Assembly: GCA_963741455.1 (NCBI GenBank)
Contig: CAVUIF010000010.1
Location: 183,850 to 247,849, forward strand
DNA length: 64,000 nucleotides
Reading direction: 5' to 3'
Source of the DNA: an uncultured Thermoleophilaceae bacterium
Lineage (GTDB): Bacteria; Actinomycetota; Thermoleophilia; Solirubrobacterales; Thermoleophilaceae
Shown here one piece after another: positions 1 to 10,571 of the stretch. The position numbers and the translations under genes are program-made. The stretch's first letter is position 1, and the number at the start of each line of letters is the position of its first letter. The notes below the pieces were generated by a model that made no database searches, was not told the DNA's origin, and worked only from the letters and a program-made list of their open reading frames with translations.

Positions 1-158
1 TCGGCGACTGGGCGGACGCGCTTCGTATGCTCTACGACGACCCGGGCAGGCTCGCGCGGATGAGCCGCGCCGCCGAGGCATTCGTCGTGAACCGCCATTC
101 ACCCTCGGCCAACGCCCGCGCACGAGAGGAGGTCTACGATCGCGTCGTCTCCGCATGA
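1..158 (+). CDS. glycosyltransferase family 1/4, C-terminal fragment (5' end lies outside the window)
   Basis: Frame-3 translation GDWADALRMLYDDPGRLARMSRAAEAFVVNRHSPSANARAREEVYDRVVSA* looks like a GT1/GT4 C-terminal helix region. Stop TGA 156-158 overlaps ATG 155 of the next gene (ATGA). Confidence 0.5.
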   Translation, partial: GDWADALRMLYDDPGRLARMSRAAEAFVVNRHSPSANARAREEVYDRVVSA

Positions 159-1320
159 ACGCCGCGCGCTCGCGCGGCGCGCCGACTTCCTCGTCTTCGG
201 GAGTCCCCTGATCGGTGAGGCCGAGATCGCGGAGGTAGTCGACTCGATGCGCAGCGGCTGGGTCGGGACCGGTCCGAAGGTCAGCCGCTTCGAGCGCTCT
301 CTCGAGGAGTACGTCGGCGTGGAGCACGTGCGCTGCGTCTCGTCCTGCACCGCTGCGCTGATGCTCGCTCTGCGCACGCTGGACATCGGCCCCGGCGACG
401 AGGTGATCGTGCCGTCGATGACCTTCGTCGCGTCGGCGAACGCCGTCGAGCACAGCGGCGCCACTCCCGTGCTGGTCGACTGCGAGCTCGACTCGGGGCT
501 GATCGACCTCGACTCCGTCGAGGCCGCCATAACGCCCGCCACGCGCGCCGTCATGCCGGTGCACATCGCCGGCCGGCCGGTCGACCTCGAACGCCTCGGC
601 AGCATCGCCGGCCGGCACGGCATCCATGTGATCGAGGACGCCGCCCACGCGCTGGGCGCCGAGTGGGCCGGCAAGCGCATCGGGAGCCACGGAAACCTGG
701 CGGCCTTCTCCTTCTACGTGACCAAGAACGTGACGACGATCGAGGGCGGCGCGCTGGCAACGCCCGACCCGGACGTGGCGGCCCGAGTCGAGCGCCTTGC
801 GCTGCACGGCCTGAGCCTCGGCGCCTGGCAGCGCTACTCGGACAAGGGCTTTCGCCACTACGAGGTGGAGGAGCCCGGCTTCAAGTTCAACATGACCGAC
901 GTGCAGGCGGCCGTCGGGATCCACCAGCTGGCGCGACTCGACGAGTGGATCGACCGCCGCGCCGAGCTATGGCAGGCCTACGACGCCGAGCTGGCCGGCC
1001 TGCCGCTCCGCTTGCCGCTTCCGCCCACCGGCGACATGCGACATGCGCGTCACCTCTACCAGGTGCTCGTCGAGGACTCGGCGCCGCTGAGCCGCGACGA
1101 GCTGCTCGACGCGCTGACGGAGCGGAAGATCGGGACGGGCGTCCACTACCGCGCGGTGCACCTGCATCCCTACTACCGCGACCACTACGGCATCGATCCG
1201 GCCGCGCTGCCCGTCGCGACCGACATCTCCGAGCGCACGCTCAGCCTGCCGCTGGGTCCGAGCATGTCCGGCGAGGACCTGGCGGACGTCGTCGCGGCCG
1301 TTCACGACGCACTCGCCTAA
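155..1320 (+). CDS. DegT/DnrJ/EryC1/StrS-family PLP-dependent sugar aminotransferase, with an apparent +1 frameshift near 172-181
   Basis: ORF 247-1320 has DegT hallmarks (VIVPSMTFVASANAVEHSGATPVLVDC; FSFYVTKNVTTIEGGA with the PLP-lysine context). The conserved N-terminus DFLVFGSPLIGEAEIAEVVDSMRSGW continues upstream in the same frame to ~181 with no start codon. ATG 155 (ATGA coupling) is one frame off; deleting one base in GGCGCGCC joins MNAARSRG to ADFLVF. Confidence 0.85.
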
Positions 1321-2762
1321 CCGCCGCCGCGACGCCCGATGCCGCGGACATAGTCGCGGCCCCGCGCGGCGAGCTCCCGATAGTCGCGCAGGTCCTCGCG
1401 CCGGGGGAGGAGGTCTCGCGCGTGGAGAGAGGTCGCGCGGCGGAAGTAGTGCAGGTTCAGCAGGGCCGCGGCCAGTCCCGAGACGGTCGACACCACGGCC
1501 GCGCCCTCGGCCTCGTACTCCGGGATCACGAGCACGAATGCGGCCACCGTGAGCGGCGCGACGATCAGCCCTGTACGCAGGGCGAAGTGCGGGAAGCCCC
1601 TGCCCGTGAACACGGCCGCCAGCACGGTCGCCAGCCCGGCGAGGATCACCCCGGGCACCAGGATCAGCCCGGGCACGATGGACTCCTCGAAGTCGGCCCC
1701 GAAGACGAGCGGGATCGCGAACATCGCGACGACCAGCACCACCGCGACGAGCGGAGCGAGCACGATCGTGTGCCTGATCGCCTTCGTCATCACCATGTCC
1801 TGTCCGGCCGCGTCGCTCGGGTCGTGCAGGGCTGAGACGCGGGGGAGAACGACCGCGGCCAGCGAGCGCGGCAGCAGGAGGCCGAGCTCCGCCACGAGCA
1901 GCGCCACCGCGTAGTGGCCGACCGTCGCGCCCGCGGCCACGGCGTTGAGCACGAACAGGTCGGCCCGGTACGTGATCAGCTGAAGCACCTGCGGGATGTG
2001 TCCCGGCAGGCCGAAGCGGATTGCGCGCCGCAGCTCGCCCGGTGTGCGCCCGAGCCAGCCCCGCTCGGGCGGCGGGAGGGTGCGCCGGCCCACGATGAGC
2101 AGGCGGCCCGCGGTGAGCAGGTGTGCCAGAGCCAGCGCTCCCACCGCACCCTCGACGCCGAATGCCGGTGTGAGCCCGAGCGTGAGCACGAGGGCGGCGA
2201 GGTTCTGGGATAGGGGCGCGAGGGCGTAGGTCTCGTAGCGGTCGAGCGCCACCGCGAGCGCCGCGCTGAACGTCCACGATTGGACGAGCGGCAGGGCGCC
2301 GAACACGATCAGCAGCGCCTCGAACGGCACTCCCTCGAAGACGCTGTCGCGGCCCAGCACGGCCAGTCCGATGCCGACCGCCGCGCTGGCCAGACCCAGG
2401 ACGAGGGCTCCGACCTGTGCCTGGCGGAAGGCGTCACCCGGCGCCCAGCGCTCGGAGCTGGCGTAGTAGGTGATGCCGAGCGTCAGTCCGAGCGTCGAGA
2501 TGCTCTGCGCCAGGAGCAGCGTGGTGGTGGCCACGTTGTAGGCGCCCGTGCCATCCGGCCCGAGGTTGCGCGCGACCACGATGCCGAGCAGGCCGCCGGC
2601 CAGGGCGGTGCCCACGGCCGCCAGCGTCCCGATCGTCGCGCCGCCGCCGACCGTGCGCCTCAGGATGGGCTCCCCGTCGCCGCTCACTGGCGCGAGGCTA
2701 ATCGGCAGAGCGGCCCGTACGCTTTCGCCCCTTGCGCAAGCTGCTGGTGATCGCCTATCCAT
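1317..2762 (-). CDS. Wzx/MOP-type polysaccharide flippase (polysaccharide biosynthesis protein family)
   Basis: 481-aa ORF with ~12 hydrophobic helices and composition typical of O-antigen/teichoic flippases (GAYNVATTTLLLAQSISTLGLTLGITYYAS). An in-frame GTG at 2687 would avoid overlap with the divergent gene starting at 2732. Confidence 0.7.
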   Translation of the reverse strand: MDRRSPAACARGESVRAALPISLAPVSGDGEPILRRTVGGGATIGTLAAVGTALAGGLLGIVVARNLGPDGTGAYNVATTTLLLAQSISTLGLTLGITYYASSERWAPGDAFRQAQVGALVLGLASAAVGIGLAVLGRDSVFEGVPFEALLIVFGALPLVQSWTFSAALAVALDRYETYALAPLSQNLAALVLTLGLTPAFGVEGAVGALALAHLLTAGRLLIVGRRTLPPPERGWLGRTPGELRRAIRFGLPGHIPQVLQLITYRADLFVLNAVAAGATVGHYAVALLVAELGLLLPRSLAAVVLPRVSALHDPSDAAGQDMVMTKAIRHTIVLAPLVAVVLVVAMFAIPLVFGADFEESIVPGLILVPGVILAGLATVLAAVFTGRGFPHFALRTGLIVAPLTVAAFVLVIPEYEAEGAAVVSTVSGLAAALLNLHYFRRATSLHARDLLPRREDLRDYRELAARGRDYVRGIGRRGGG

Positions 2763-4009
2763 ATCCGCCGATGCCGTCGATCGGCGCGAGCCGCTGGGCC
2801 GCGATGGCGAAATGGCTCCGGCGGGCCGGTCACGAGGTGACGGTGCTGACCACGTCGGGCTTCGGCTCCCTTCCTGGGGACTCGGATGACGGAGTGGTGC
2901 GCAGTCCCGACCTGATCGCCGATCCGCGGCTGCGGCGGCTCACGCGTCGCCCGAACCTGCCGGAGCCCGGAGGGCCGGTGGAGGTCGACAAGCCGGCGCC
3001 GTCCCTGTTCACGCGCGTGCTCGTGCCCGACATCTACGTCGCCACCTGGGTCCCCGGTGCGGTCCGCGCGGCGCGCCGGCTGCTGCGCGAGTCGGACTAC
3101 GACTGCGTGATCACGACCTCGCCGTGGGAGTCCGGGCACCTGGTCGCCCTGGGCCTCGGCGGCGACCGGCCGGCGTGGGTCGCCGATTTCCGGGACTCGT
3201 GGTGCTTCGAGCCGTGGCGCGAGCCGTTTCCCACGCGCCCCCAGCGCGCCCTCGACCGGATGCTGGAGCGGCAGGTGGTGGAGCGAGCCGACGGCGTTGT
3301 GGCGGTACACGGCGTGCTGGCCGAGGACTTCGCGCGCCGGCTCGGCGTGCCGGCCGCGCACGTGCCGAACGGCTGGGACCCCGACCTCGACGCCGCAGCG
3401 GAGGGCGCAGACGCTCCCGAGCTGGATCCCGGCAAGCTCTCGCTCGTGCACACCGGCAAGCTCTGGGGTGGCTGGGGGCGCACGCCGGCCGCCCTCTTCG
3501 AGGCTCTGGGCCGCCTCCGCGCGGAGCAGCCGGACCTCCCCGAGCGCCTGGAGCTGGTCGTGGCCGGAAGGCTCGACACGGAGGAGCAGCGGTTGCTCGA
3601 CGCTGCCGGCCTCGAGGATCTCGTAAGGCATACCGGCGCGATTCCCCGCGCCTCGGCCATCGCGCTACAGCGGCGCGCCGACCTGCTGCTCCTGCTCACG
3701 TCGCGGCGGCTCAGCTGGGAGGCGCCCGGGAAGCTGTTCGAGTACCTCGCGGCGGATCGCCCCATCCTCTGTCTCGCCGAGGGAAACGAGGCCGCCAGGA
3801 TCGTCGCGGAAACCGGAACGGGCGTCACGGTCGCTCCCGATGACGCGGACGCGATCGCGGCCTCCGTCACGGAGGCGCTCAGCGGAGGCGTGGCGGAGCG
3901 GTACGCCCCGCGCGGGCTCGACAGGTACGTCTACCCCGCACCCGCCCAGGCGATGGTCGCGGAGGTGGAGCGCGCGATCGATCAGCGCGGCCGGCGCGCC
4001 ACCGCATGA
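2732..4009 (+). CDS. glycosyltransferase family 4 (GT-B fold)
   Basis: TTG start. N-terminus MRKLLVIAYPYPPMPSIGASRWAAMAKWLRRAGHEVTVLTT is typical of GT4. C-terminal half has an E-x7-E-like region (WEAPGKLFEYLAADRPIL). Confidence 0.8.
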   Translation: MRKLLVIAYPYPPMPSIGASRWAAMAKWLRRAGHEVTVLTTSGFGSLPGDSDDGVVRSPDLIADPRLRRLTRRPNLPEPGGPVEVDKPAPSLFTRVLVPDIYVATWVPGAVRAARRLLRESDYDCVITTSPWESGHLVALGLGGDRPAWVADFRDSWCFEPWREPFPTRPQRALDRMLERQVVERADGVVAVHGVLAEDFARRLGVPAAHVPNGWDPDLDAAAEGADAPELDPGKLSLVHTGKLWGGWGRTPAALFEALGRLRAEQPDLPERLELVVAGRLDTEEQRLLDAAGLEDLVRHTGAIPRASAIALQRRADLLLLLTSRRLSWEAPGKLFEYLAADRPILCLAEGNEAARIVAETGTGVTVAPDDADAIAASVTEALSGGVAERYAPRGLDRYVYPAPAQAMVAEVERAIDQRGRRATA

Positions 4010-4918
4010 AGCAGGTCGCCCTGCCCGGTTAGCCGGTCGGCGAGCAGGGCGAGCGGGTAGGCGAGCACTGCGGCCGCCGACGCCAGCCTGAGCGGCATCC
4101 CCTCCGGGAACAGGCAGCGCCCGGCCACGAGGTACTGGACGCTCCCGGGCAGCCCGACCGTGCTCGAGCCGGTGTGCGTTCGCACCTCCTCGAAGCCGGC
4201 CCGCTCGAGCGCGCGCCGGAGCCCCTCGGCGGTGAAGTGGACGCGGTGGCGCGGAAGGTCGAGGTGGAACCACCGCGACCGGAAGCGGCGCGCCTGCCAC
4301 GAGCCGAAGTTCGGGACGGTGATCGACACCACGCCGCCGGGCTCGAGCGCGGCGGCGACGCGCCGCAGGTCGGCCACGGGGTCGGTCACGTGCTCGAGCG
4401 AGTGGTGGAAGACGGCGCCGGAGTACGAGCCCGCTTCGAGGGGCACGTCCGCGAGCGTCCCGGTGCGGGCGTCCACACCGCGCGCCCGCGCGACCTCGCA
4501 CGCGTCCGGCGAGGGCTCGACCCCGGTCACGGCCCAGCCCCGGCCGACGAGAGCGGCCGCGAGGTCGCCGCGCCCGCAGCCGACGTCGACCGCTCGCCCC
4601 GGTGTGAGCGCGCGCAGCGGCCCGAGCGGCATGCCGCGCACCGCAAGCCACGCCTGGAGCGAGCGGATCGCGGCCGACGCCAGCCGGACGGCCGGGTTGG
4701 CGGGCAGCTCGTAGGGGCCGTAGCCGGAGGGATAGAACGCCGACAGCTCCTCGGGGCTCGCGTGCGGCATCGTCCTGCCCGACCCGCACGACGCGCAGCG
4801 CAGCACCTGGAAGGCGCCAGGCGTGCGGTGGAGGCGGTCGGCGCCGTCGCGGCACGGCGAGCGTCAGCCGCGCGGCGCCGCACGCCAGGCACTCGTTGTC
4901 CGGTGCGGCGGTGGGCAA
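3982..4918 (-). CDS. class I SAM-dependent methyltransferase with N-terminal zinc ribbon (apparent +1 frameshift ~4845-4855)
   Basis: ORF 3982-4806 carries the SAM motif I VDVGCGRGDLAAALVGRGWAVTGVEPS. Upstream in another frame from TTG 4918 reads PTAAPDNECLACGAARLTLAVPR. Removing one base links it to DGADRLHRTPGAFQVLRCASCGSGRTMP, giving a CxxC...CxxC ribbon. Confidence 0.7.
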
Positions 4919-4956
4919 GGAGCGCAGCGTAGAGCGCTGAGTACGCTGCGGTCCTC

Positions 4957-5988
4957 ATGCCCCGTGTGCTTCACGTGCTGCCCCATCCCGGCGGCGGGGG
5001 CGAGGACCTGGTCGACATGCTGGAGGAGGACGGCGGGGGCTTCGAGCACCGCCGCACGTATCTCACGACGAGCAGGGCGCCGCTGCGGGCCGTCCTCGCC
5101 ATGGCGGCCGGCCGCCCGCGCCTGCGCCGCGAGGTCGCGAGCGCAGACCTCGTCCATGTGATCGGCGACGCCGCGGCGTGCATCACGGCGGGCATGCTGG
5201 ACCGGCGTCCGTCCGTGTTCGGAACCCACGGCCTCCACCTGCTGCGCCGCAGCCGCGGCCTCGGCGGCCGGCTGGTGCGCGCCAGGCTGCGCAGGGCGAT
5301 CGGCAACACCCGCGTGACGATCTGCTCGTCGGAGCCGGAGCTGAGCGAGCTGCGCTCCATCTGCGGCGCCGAGCGGGCCGGCCGCCTGCGGCTGCTGGAG
5401 AACGGGATCCCCGTTCCCGATCCGATCGAGCCGGAGGAGCGAGCGAGCGCGCGCGCCGAGCTCGAGATCCCGGACGGCACGCTCGCCGTGCTCTACGCGG
5501 GCCAGCTCGAGCCCCGCAAGCACCCGCTCGTGGCGGCGGAGGCGGTTGCCGCGATGCACTCGGACGCGGTGCTGCTGGTCGCGGGCGAGGGCCCGCTGCG
5601 GGACCGGCTCGAGCGCTTCCCGTCGAGCACGATCCGGGTGCTCGGGTTCCGCCCGGACGTGGCCCGGCTGCTCGCCGCGTGCGACGTGTTCGTGATGCCG
5701 TCGGAGCGCGAGGGCCTCTCGCTCGCGGTGCTCGAGGCGATGGGCCGCGGGACGGCCGTGGTGGTCTCCGACGGGGCGGGCAACCCCGAGGCGGTCGGCG
5801 ACGCGGGGATCGTGGTGCCCCTCGGAGATGCGGCCGCGCTGACCCGCGCGTTCGACGAGCTCGCGGCGGACCCCGAGCGCCGGCGGCGGCTGGGCGAGGC
5901 CGCGCGCGAGCGGGTCATGCAGCGCTACACGGTCGAGCGCTGGCTGGCGGACATGCGCGACGTCTTCGGCGAGGCGCTCGCGGCCTAG
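4957..5988 (+). CDS. glycosyltransferase family 4
   Basis: MPRVLHVLPHPGGGGEDLV N-terminus; conserved C-terminal block FVMPSEREGLSLAVLEAMGRGTAVVVSDGAGNPEAV. Confidence 0.85.
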   Translation: MPRVLHVLPHPGGGGEDLVDMLEEDGGGFEHRRTYLTTSRAPLRAVLAMAAGRPRLRREVASADLVHVIGDAAACITAGMLDRRPSVFGTHGLHLLRRSRGLGGRLVRARLRRAIGNTRVTICSSEPELSELRSICGAERAGRLRLLENGIPVPDPIEPEERASARAELEIPDGTLAVLYAGQLEPRKHPLVAAEAVAAMHSDAVLLVAGEGPLRDRLERFPSSTIRVLGFRPDVARLLAACDVFVMPSEREGLSLAVLEAMGRGTAVVVSDGAGNPEAVGDAGIVVPLGDAAALTRAFDELAADPERRRRLGEAARERVMQRYTVERWLADMRDVFGEALAA

Positions 5989-7352
5989 GCGCGGCGCCTG
6001 CGCACGACGAGCTCCTGTGCTCCCAGAGCGGCCGCGCCCACCAGGAGCGGCAGCATGGGGACGAGGTAGCGCCAGTTGTAGATCAGGGTCGCCGAGGGCA
6101 GCAGCACGGCCATCGCGGTGAGCGACAGCATCAGGGCGATCGCCAGCCGCTGGACGCGCGGGGCGACGAAGAGGCCGGCCAGGGCCACGAGGAACACGAT
6201 CGCCACGAGAGGCGGGTGCACGTACACGATGCGGTGGTAGGAGCGCAGCTCGTCCGCGAGCGGCGTGCTCACCTCCACTGGCCCCCAATGGGCCTCGGCG
6301 GCTCCCTCCGCGTTGCCGAGGTAGATCGGGTTCGGGTCCGAGAAGGTCAGGCCGAGCGGAGTCGTTCCCGACCCCGTGCGCCCCTCGCCGACGCTCGGCA
6401 CGACGTAGCGCACGAGGTCGGTGGCGACCGCGCGCACGTAGGCCACCGGCTGGTTCACGACGACCGTGCGCCCGAAGGCGCCGAGCTGGTCGTCGCCCTC
6501 TGGCGGCGGCCCGAACAGCCGCCACGCGGGCGACGCCGCGTTGTGGTGATAGAAGCTCGATCCGGCACGCTCGCCAGCGGTGTTCGGATCCTCACACAGG
6601 GCCTCGGTGCCCTTCGGAGGCTCGAACTCCCGGCAGTTGGCGAAGTAGGCCACTCGCGAATACAGCGACCAGCCGCTCGTCCTCGACAGGCCGGTGAAGT
6701 CCGTGGCCTCGCGCTGCCCGATCACGTACACCCCCACGACGGACAGCCCCGCGACGGCCGCCGCGGCGGCGGCGAGCAGGCGCATGCGGGTACCGGGCCC
6801 GGCCACGAACAGCAGCCAGACGAGCAGCAGCGGGAGCATGAACAGCGCCACGGTTCGCACGGTCGAGGCGGCGCCGAGCAGGGCCGCCGCGGCAGCGCCC
6901 CACGCGGCGGCGTTCCCGTCGATCGCTCTCGCCGAGCAGTAGACCACCGCCGCGAGCAGGAACCCGAACAGGGCCTCCGAGAGCACGGCGTGCTCGAAGA
7001 AGATCTGGTCGCCGGAGAGCAGGACGACGGCGGCCGGGACGAGCGCCACCCATTGCGACGCTCCGAATCGCCGCATCGCCAGGTAGACGAGCACGGCGGT
7101 CGCGAGCCCGAGGCCGTGCTGAACCGCAATGAGCAGCGGCAGCTCGCCGAACAGCAGGAAGTCGCCGACGCGCAGGAAGGCCGGGTAGCCCGCCGGCCGC
7201 TCGGGATAGTCGAACAACCCCGTTCCCGCCGCGTCGAGATAGGCGAATGCGTCCGGGTTGGCGATGAATCCGGGCCGGAACCCGAGCATCGCCGCGATCC
7301 GTAGCGCCACCCCGATCACGCCCAGGACGACCGCCGCCACCCACACCCGCAT
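5985..7352 (-). CDS. GT-C-fold membrane glycosyltransferase (ArnT/PMT/GT39-like)
   Basis: From ATG 7352 (MRVWVAAVVLGVIGVALRIAAMLGFRPGFIANPDAFAYLDAA) there are ~10 TM helices followed by a C-terminal soluble domain. The longer ORF to 7619 has an Arg-rich junk-like extension and would overlap the upstream gene. Confidence 0.6.
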   Translation of the reverse strand: MRVWVAAVVLGVIGVALRIAAMLGFRPGFIANPDAFAYLDAAGTGLFDYPERPAGYPAFLRVGDFLLFGELPLLIAVQHGLGLATAVLVYLAMRRFGASQWVALVPAAVVLLSGDQIFFEHAVLSEALFGFLLAAVVYCSARAIDGNAAAWGAAAAALLGAASTVRTVALFMLPLLLVWLLFVAGPGTRMRLLAAAAAAVAGLSVVGVYVIGQREATDFTGLSRTSGWSLYSRVAYFANCREFEPPKGTEALCEDPNTAGERAGSSFYHHNAASPAWRLFGPPPEGDDQLGAFGRTVVVNQPVAYVRAVATDLVRYVVPSVGEGRTGSGTTPLGLTFSDPNPIYLGNAEGAAEAHWGPVEVSTPLADELRSYHRIVYVHPPLVAIVFLVALAGLFVAPRVQRLAIALMLSLTAMAVLLPSATLIYNWRYLVPMLPLLVGAAALGAQELVVRRRRA

Positions 7353-7363
7353 CGCCGGGCACT

Positions 7364-8164
7364 CTACGGAGATTGACCTCGCCGGCGTCTGATCGCGCGC
7401 TTCAGCCGAATCGGCGCGACCCAGGCGGCCACTCCGACCGCCACGCCGCGGAGCCCGCGCGCGCTGCGCCGCCGTCGCATCGCGCGCACGCGCATCGCGA
7501 TCGTCTCCGCGATCTGCTCGCGTTCCCTGCGCGCCGCGACGTTCTGCCCGGACATTCGCCGGGTCGCGAGCGGCTCGTCGAGCGTCACGACCGCGTGCGA
7601 CTCCGCAACGCGCAGCCACAGGTCGTAGTCCATCGCGTACAGGTAGCGCGGATCGAAGCCGCCCGCCGCCAGCACGGCGTCTCGGCGCAGGCAGACGCAG
7701 GAGTTGGGGATCGGGTTGAAGCGCATCAGCACGGGCCTGACGTCGCCGGCCGCGAACGACGTGCGCGGGGCGAGCGCTCGGCCGAGCTCGTCCACCTCGT
7801 GCATGCGGCTTCCCACCACCGCGACCTCCGGCCGCGCCTCGAGCACCGCCAGCTGGCGCTCGAGGCGCTCGGGCTCGGACCAGTCGTCGGCGTCCTGAAT
7901 CGCGACGAACGGAGCCCTCGCCTCTCGCAGTCCCTCGTTCAGGCTCCGCGAGATCCCCATGTGCGGCAGCGCGAGGCGGCGCACCCGGTCGTCCCCGAGG
8001 CCCTCCACCACGGCGGGCGTGTCGTCGGTCGAGCCGTCGTCCACGACGATCAGCTCCAGGTCGCGCACGGTCTGCCGAAGGATCGAGCGCGCCGCGCGCT
8101 CGAGCGTGTCCGCGTTGTTCCAGCAGCCGATCAGGACGCTCACGCGCGGGATCCCCTGGCTCAT
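7364..8164 (-). CDS. glycosyltransferase family 2
   Basis: MSQGIPRVSVLIGCWNNADTLERAARSILRQTVRDLELIVVDDGSTDDT plus a DxD-type AIQDADD motif. ATG 8164 overlaps the upstream stop (ATGA). The 680-aa track ORF 7364-9406 is a read-through artefact. Confidence 0.85.
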   Translation of the reverse strand: MSQGIPRVSVLIGCWNNADTLERAARSILRQTVRDLELIVVDDGSTDDTPAVVEGLGDDRVRRLALPHMGISRSLNEGLREARAPFVAIQDADDWSEPERLERQLAVLEARPEVAVVGSRMHEVDELGRALAPRTSFAAGDVRPVLMRFNPIPNSCVCLRRDAVLAAGGFDPRYLYAMDYDLWLRVAESHAVVTLDEPLATRRMSGQNVAARREREQIAETIAMRVRAMRRRRSARGLRGVAVGVAAWVAPIRLKRAIRRRRGQSP

Positions 8165-9307
8165 CGGCTCGCGTAGGCGTCGAGGACGGTGCGCAGCGAG
8201 GACTCGAGCGAGAGGCGCTCGCTGTTCGCGCGAAACCAGGCGGCGGTGGAGCGGCGCAGCTCGTGGCCGCCGTCGTGCACCCGCTCGATCGCGGCGGCGA
8301 GGTCCTCCGCCGAGGCCGAGCGCGCGACCACCCCGTTCACGCCGTCCTCCACGAGCTCCACCGCCGCGTTGTCCTCGCCCAGCACGACGATGGACGGAGT
8401 GCCACGCGCCGCGGCCTCGAGCACCACGAGCCCGTAGCCCTCGCGGCTCGACGGCAGCAGCAGGCAGAGCGCGCGCGCGAGGGCGTCGTCGATCCGGTCG
8501 GGCGCCACGAAGCCAGGGACCTCCAGCACGTCCTCGAGCCCGAGCTCCGTGCGCAGCCTGAGTACCTCGTCGCGGTCGGGCCCGTCGCCGTAGATCGCTC
8601 CGCCCAGCTCGGGAAGCCGCTCGCGCGCAAGCGCCAGCGCCGGCACGAAGGCCGGCACGCGCTTCTCCGGGATGTGGCGCCCGGCGAACACCACCACCGG
8701 CTCCGCCACGGCGGGCTCGTCCACCGGCGGCGCGCCCGCGTACTCGCCCTCGAGCACGGTGACCGGCCCTCGCACGCGCTCGGCCAGCAGCCGCCGCTCG
8801 TGGAGACGCGAGAAGCAGAAGGCCCGCTGGCGCACGCGCAGGCAGGCCGACTGCACGAGCCGGCCGATGCGGCCGCCGAACCCGCCGAGGTAGTCGCGCC
8901 AGTACTCGCGCGTCCAGACCTCGTGCCAGTCCACGACGATCCCGTAGCGGCCGAGCGGCGCGGCGGCCGCGGCCGCGAGCAGCGAGAAGTAGGGGAACGA
9001 TGCGGTGTGCACGACGTCGTACCGCCGGCCATTCCGGAGCAGGTGCCAGAGCACCCCGAGGCCGAACACGAGCGGCGGCGCGATCCGGCGCCGGCCGCCC
9101 GCCGCGTAGAGGGCCATGCGCGGTCCGGCCACCACCACGCGCACGCCCGGGCAGCTCGACGCGCTCGCCGCGGTCCCACTGCCGAAGCGTCAGATAGGTG
9201 ACCTCGTGGCCCTCGCCGGCCAGCCGCTCGGCGAGGTTGCGGTACCACCGCTCGGCGCCGCCGACCGTGTGCGGGAACAGGCAGTCGTAGACGAGGCAGA
9301 TCCGCAT
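8161..9307 (-). CDS. glycosyltransferase family 4 (apparent +1 frameshift at 9145-9151)
   Basis: The N-terminal domain MRICLVYDCLFPHTVGGAERWYRNLAERLAGEGHEVTYLTL from ATG 9307 is in one frame. The remainder (VRVVVAGPRMALY...EGYGLVVLEAAARGTPSIVV) is in ORF 8161-9144. The junction is CTG CCC GGG C GTG. Confidence 0.8.
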
Positions 9308-9384
9308 GGGAAGGGGGAAGAGCCTGCCAGACGGTCCGCTACCATCGCCGCGCAGGTTCCGCAGGCGCCTCGCGAGGCCATTTC

Positions 9385-10567
9385 TTGAGCACCGTCGAGC
9401 ACACAAGCAGCCCTTCGGCTGCGGGGGGCGAAGGCACGCAGGCCGTCAAGGTCTCCGTCGTCATCCCCTGCCTGAACGAGGCCGATTCGATCGAGCGCTG
9501 CGTCGAGCGGGCGCGCGAGGCGCTGGATCACCAGGGCTGGGAGGGCGAGGTGGTGGTCGCGGACAACGGCTCCGACGACGGGAGCCCGAACCTCGCCACG
9601 CGGGCGGGCGCCGTGGTCGTCCACGAGCCGCGGCGCGGCTATGGCAGCGCCTACCTGGCCGGCTTCGCCGCCGCGCGCGGGCAAGTACATCGTCATGGCC
9701 GACGCCGACCTCACCTACGACTTCGCGGACATCCCTCGCTTCGTCGAGAAGCTCGACGCCGGCGCCGACCTGGTCATGGGCAACCGGATGCGCGGCATCC
9801 AACCGGGGGCGATGCCCTGGCTGCACCGGTACGTCGGGAACCCGGCGCTGACCGGCATCCTCAACCTCTTCTTCCGCACGGGCGTCCGCGACGCCCACTG
9901 CGGCATGCGCGCCGTGCGGCGCGAGGCGCTGCCGCGCCTCGACCTGCGCACGACCGGGATGGAGTTCGCGTCCGAGATGGTCATTCGCGCCGGCAAGGAG
10001 CGCCTGGCGATCGAGGAGATCCCGATCCACTACCACCCGCGCGAGGGCGAGTCGAAGCTCTCCAGCTTCCGCGACGGCTGGCGACACCTGCGCTTCCTGC
10101 TCGTGCACAGCCCGACCTGGCTGTTCATCGTGCCGGGCGCGCTGATGGCGTTCCTGGGCGTGCTGGTGGCCGCGACCGTGCTGCTCCAGCTCGACATCTT
10201 CGGCCGCGAGTGGGACCTGCATTCCATGGTGGCCGGGGCGCTCCTCATGATCGTCGGGACGCAGGTGCTGGCCCTCGGCCTGTGCGCCCACGCCTACGCG
10301 ACGTACTTCATGGGCGAGCAGGACCCGTGGTTCGACCGGATGCGGGCGCGCCTGCGGCTGGAGCACGGCCTGATGCTGGGCGGAGTCATCCTCGCCGCCG
10401 GCCTCGTGCTCGCCGCCGTGATCGCGGGCACCTGGATCGACCGCGGCTTCGGCGAGCTGTCGGAGGAGCGGCTCGCCGTGCTGGCGGCGACGCTGATCAT
10501 CGTGGGGATCCAGATCTTCTTCTCCTCCTTCCTGCTGAGCATCCTGGGGTTGCGCCGGCGCGGCTGA
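9385..10567 (+). CDS. GT2 polyprenol-phosphate sugar synthase-like glycosyltransferase with C-terminal TM helices (apparent +1 frameshift at 9679-9682)
   Basis: VKVSVVIPCLNEADSIERCV...VVADNGSDDGS, then after CGC GGG C AAG the frame of ORF 9641-10567 continues KYIVMADADLTYDF...GMRAVRREAL...IPIHYHPREGESKLSSFRDGWRHLRFLL, followed by 4 TM helices (DPM1/GtrB-like architecture). Confidence 0.8.
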
Positions 10568-10571
10568 GCCC

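Noticed and set aside
663-2277. Long ORFs 663-1835 (+, 390 aa) and 967-2277 (-, 436 aa) overlapping the DegT and flippase genes
   Set aside because: Their translations are Arg/Pro/Gly/Ala-rich with no motifs, as expected for off-frame or antisense reading of 70+% GC coding DNA. Recognisable genes occupy the same DNA in other frames.
4864-7304. ORFs 4864-6525 (-, 553 aa) and 5178-7304 (+, 708 aa)
   Set aside because: They are antisense or off-frame to the GT4 gene (4957-5988) and the GT-C membrane protein (5985-7352). Their composition is junk-like (runs of R, G, P, A, D) and no family signature is present.
7364-9406. 680-aa ORF suggesting a GT4-GT2 fusion protein
   Set aside because: The middle ~270 aa are Arg/Ala/Gly junk. 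The N-terminal 54 aa belong to the frameshifted GT4 (8161-9307), and the C-terminal 266 aa form an independent GT2 starting at ATG 8164 with an ATGA overlap.
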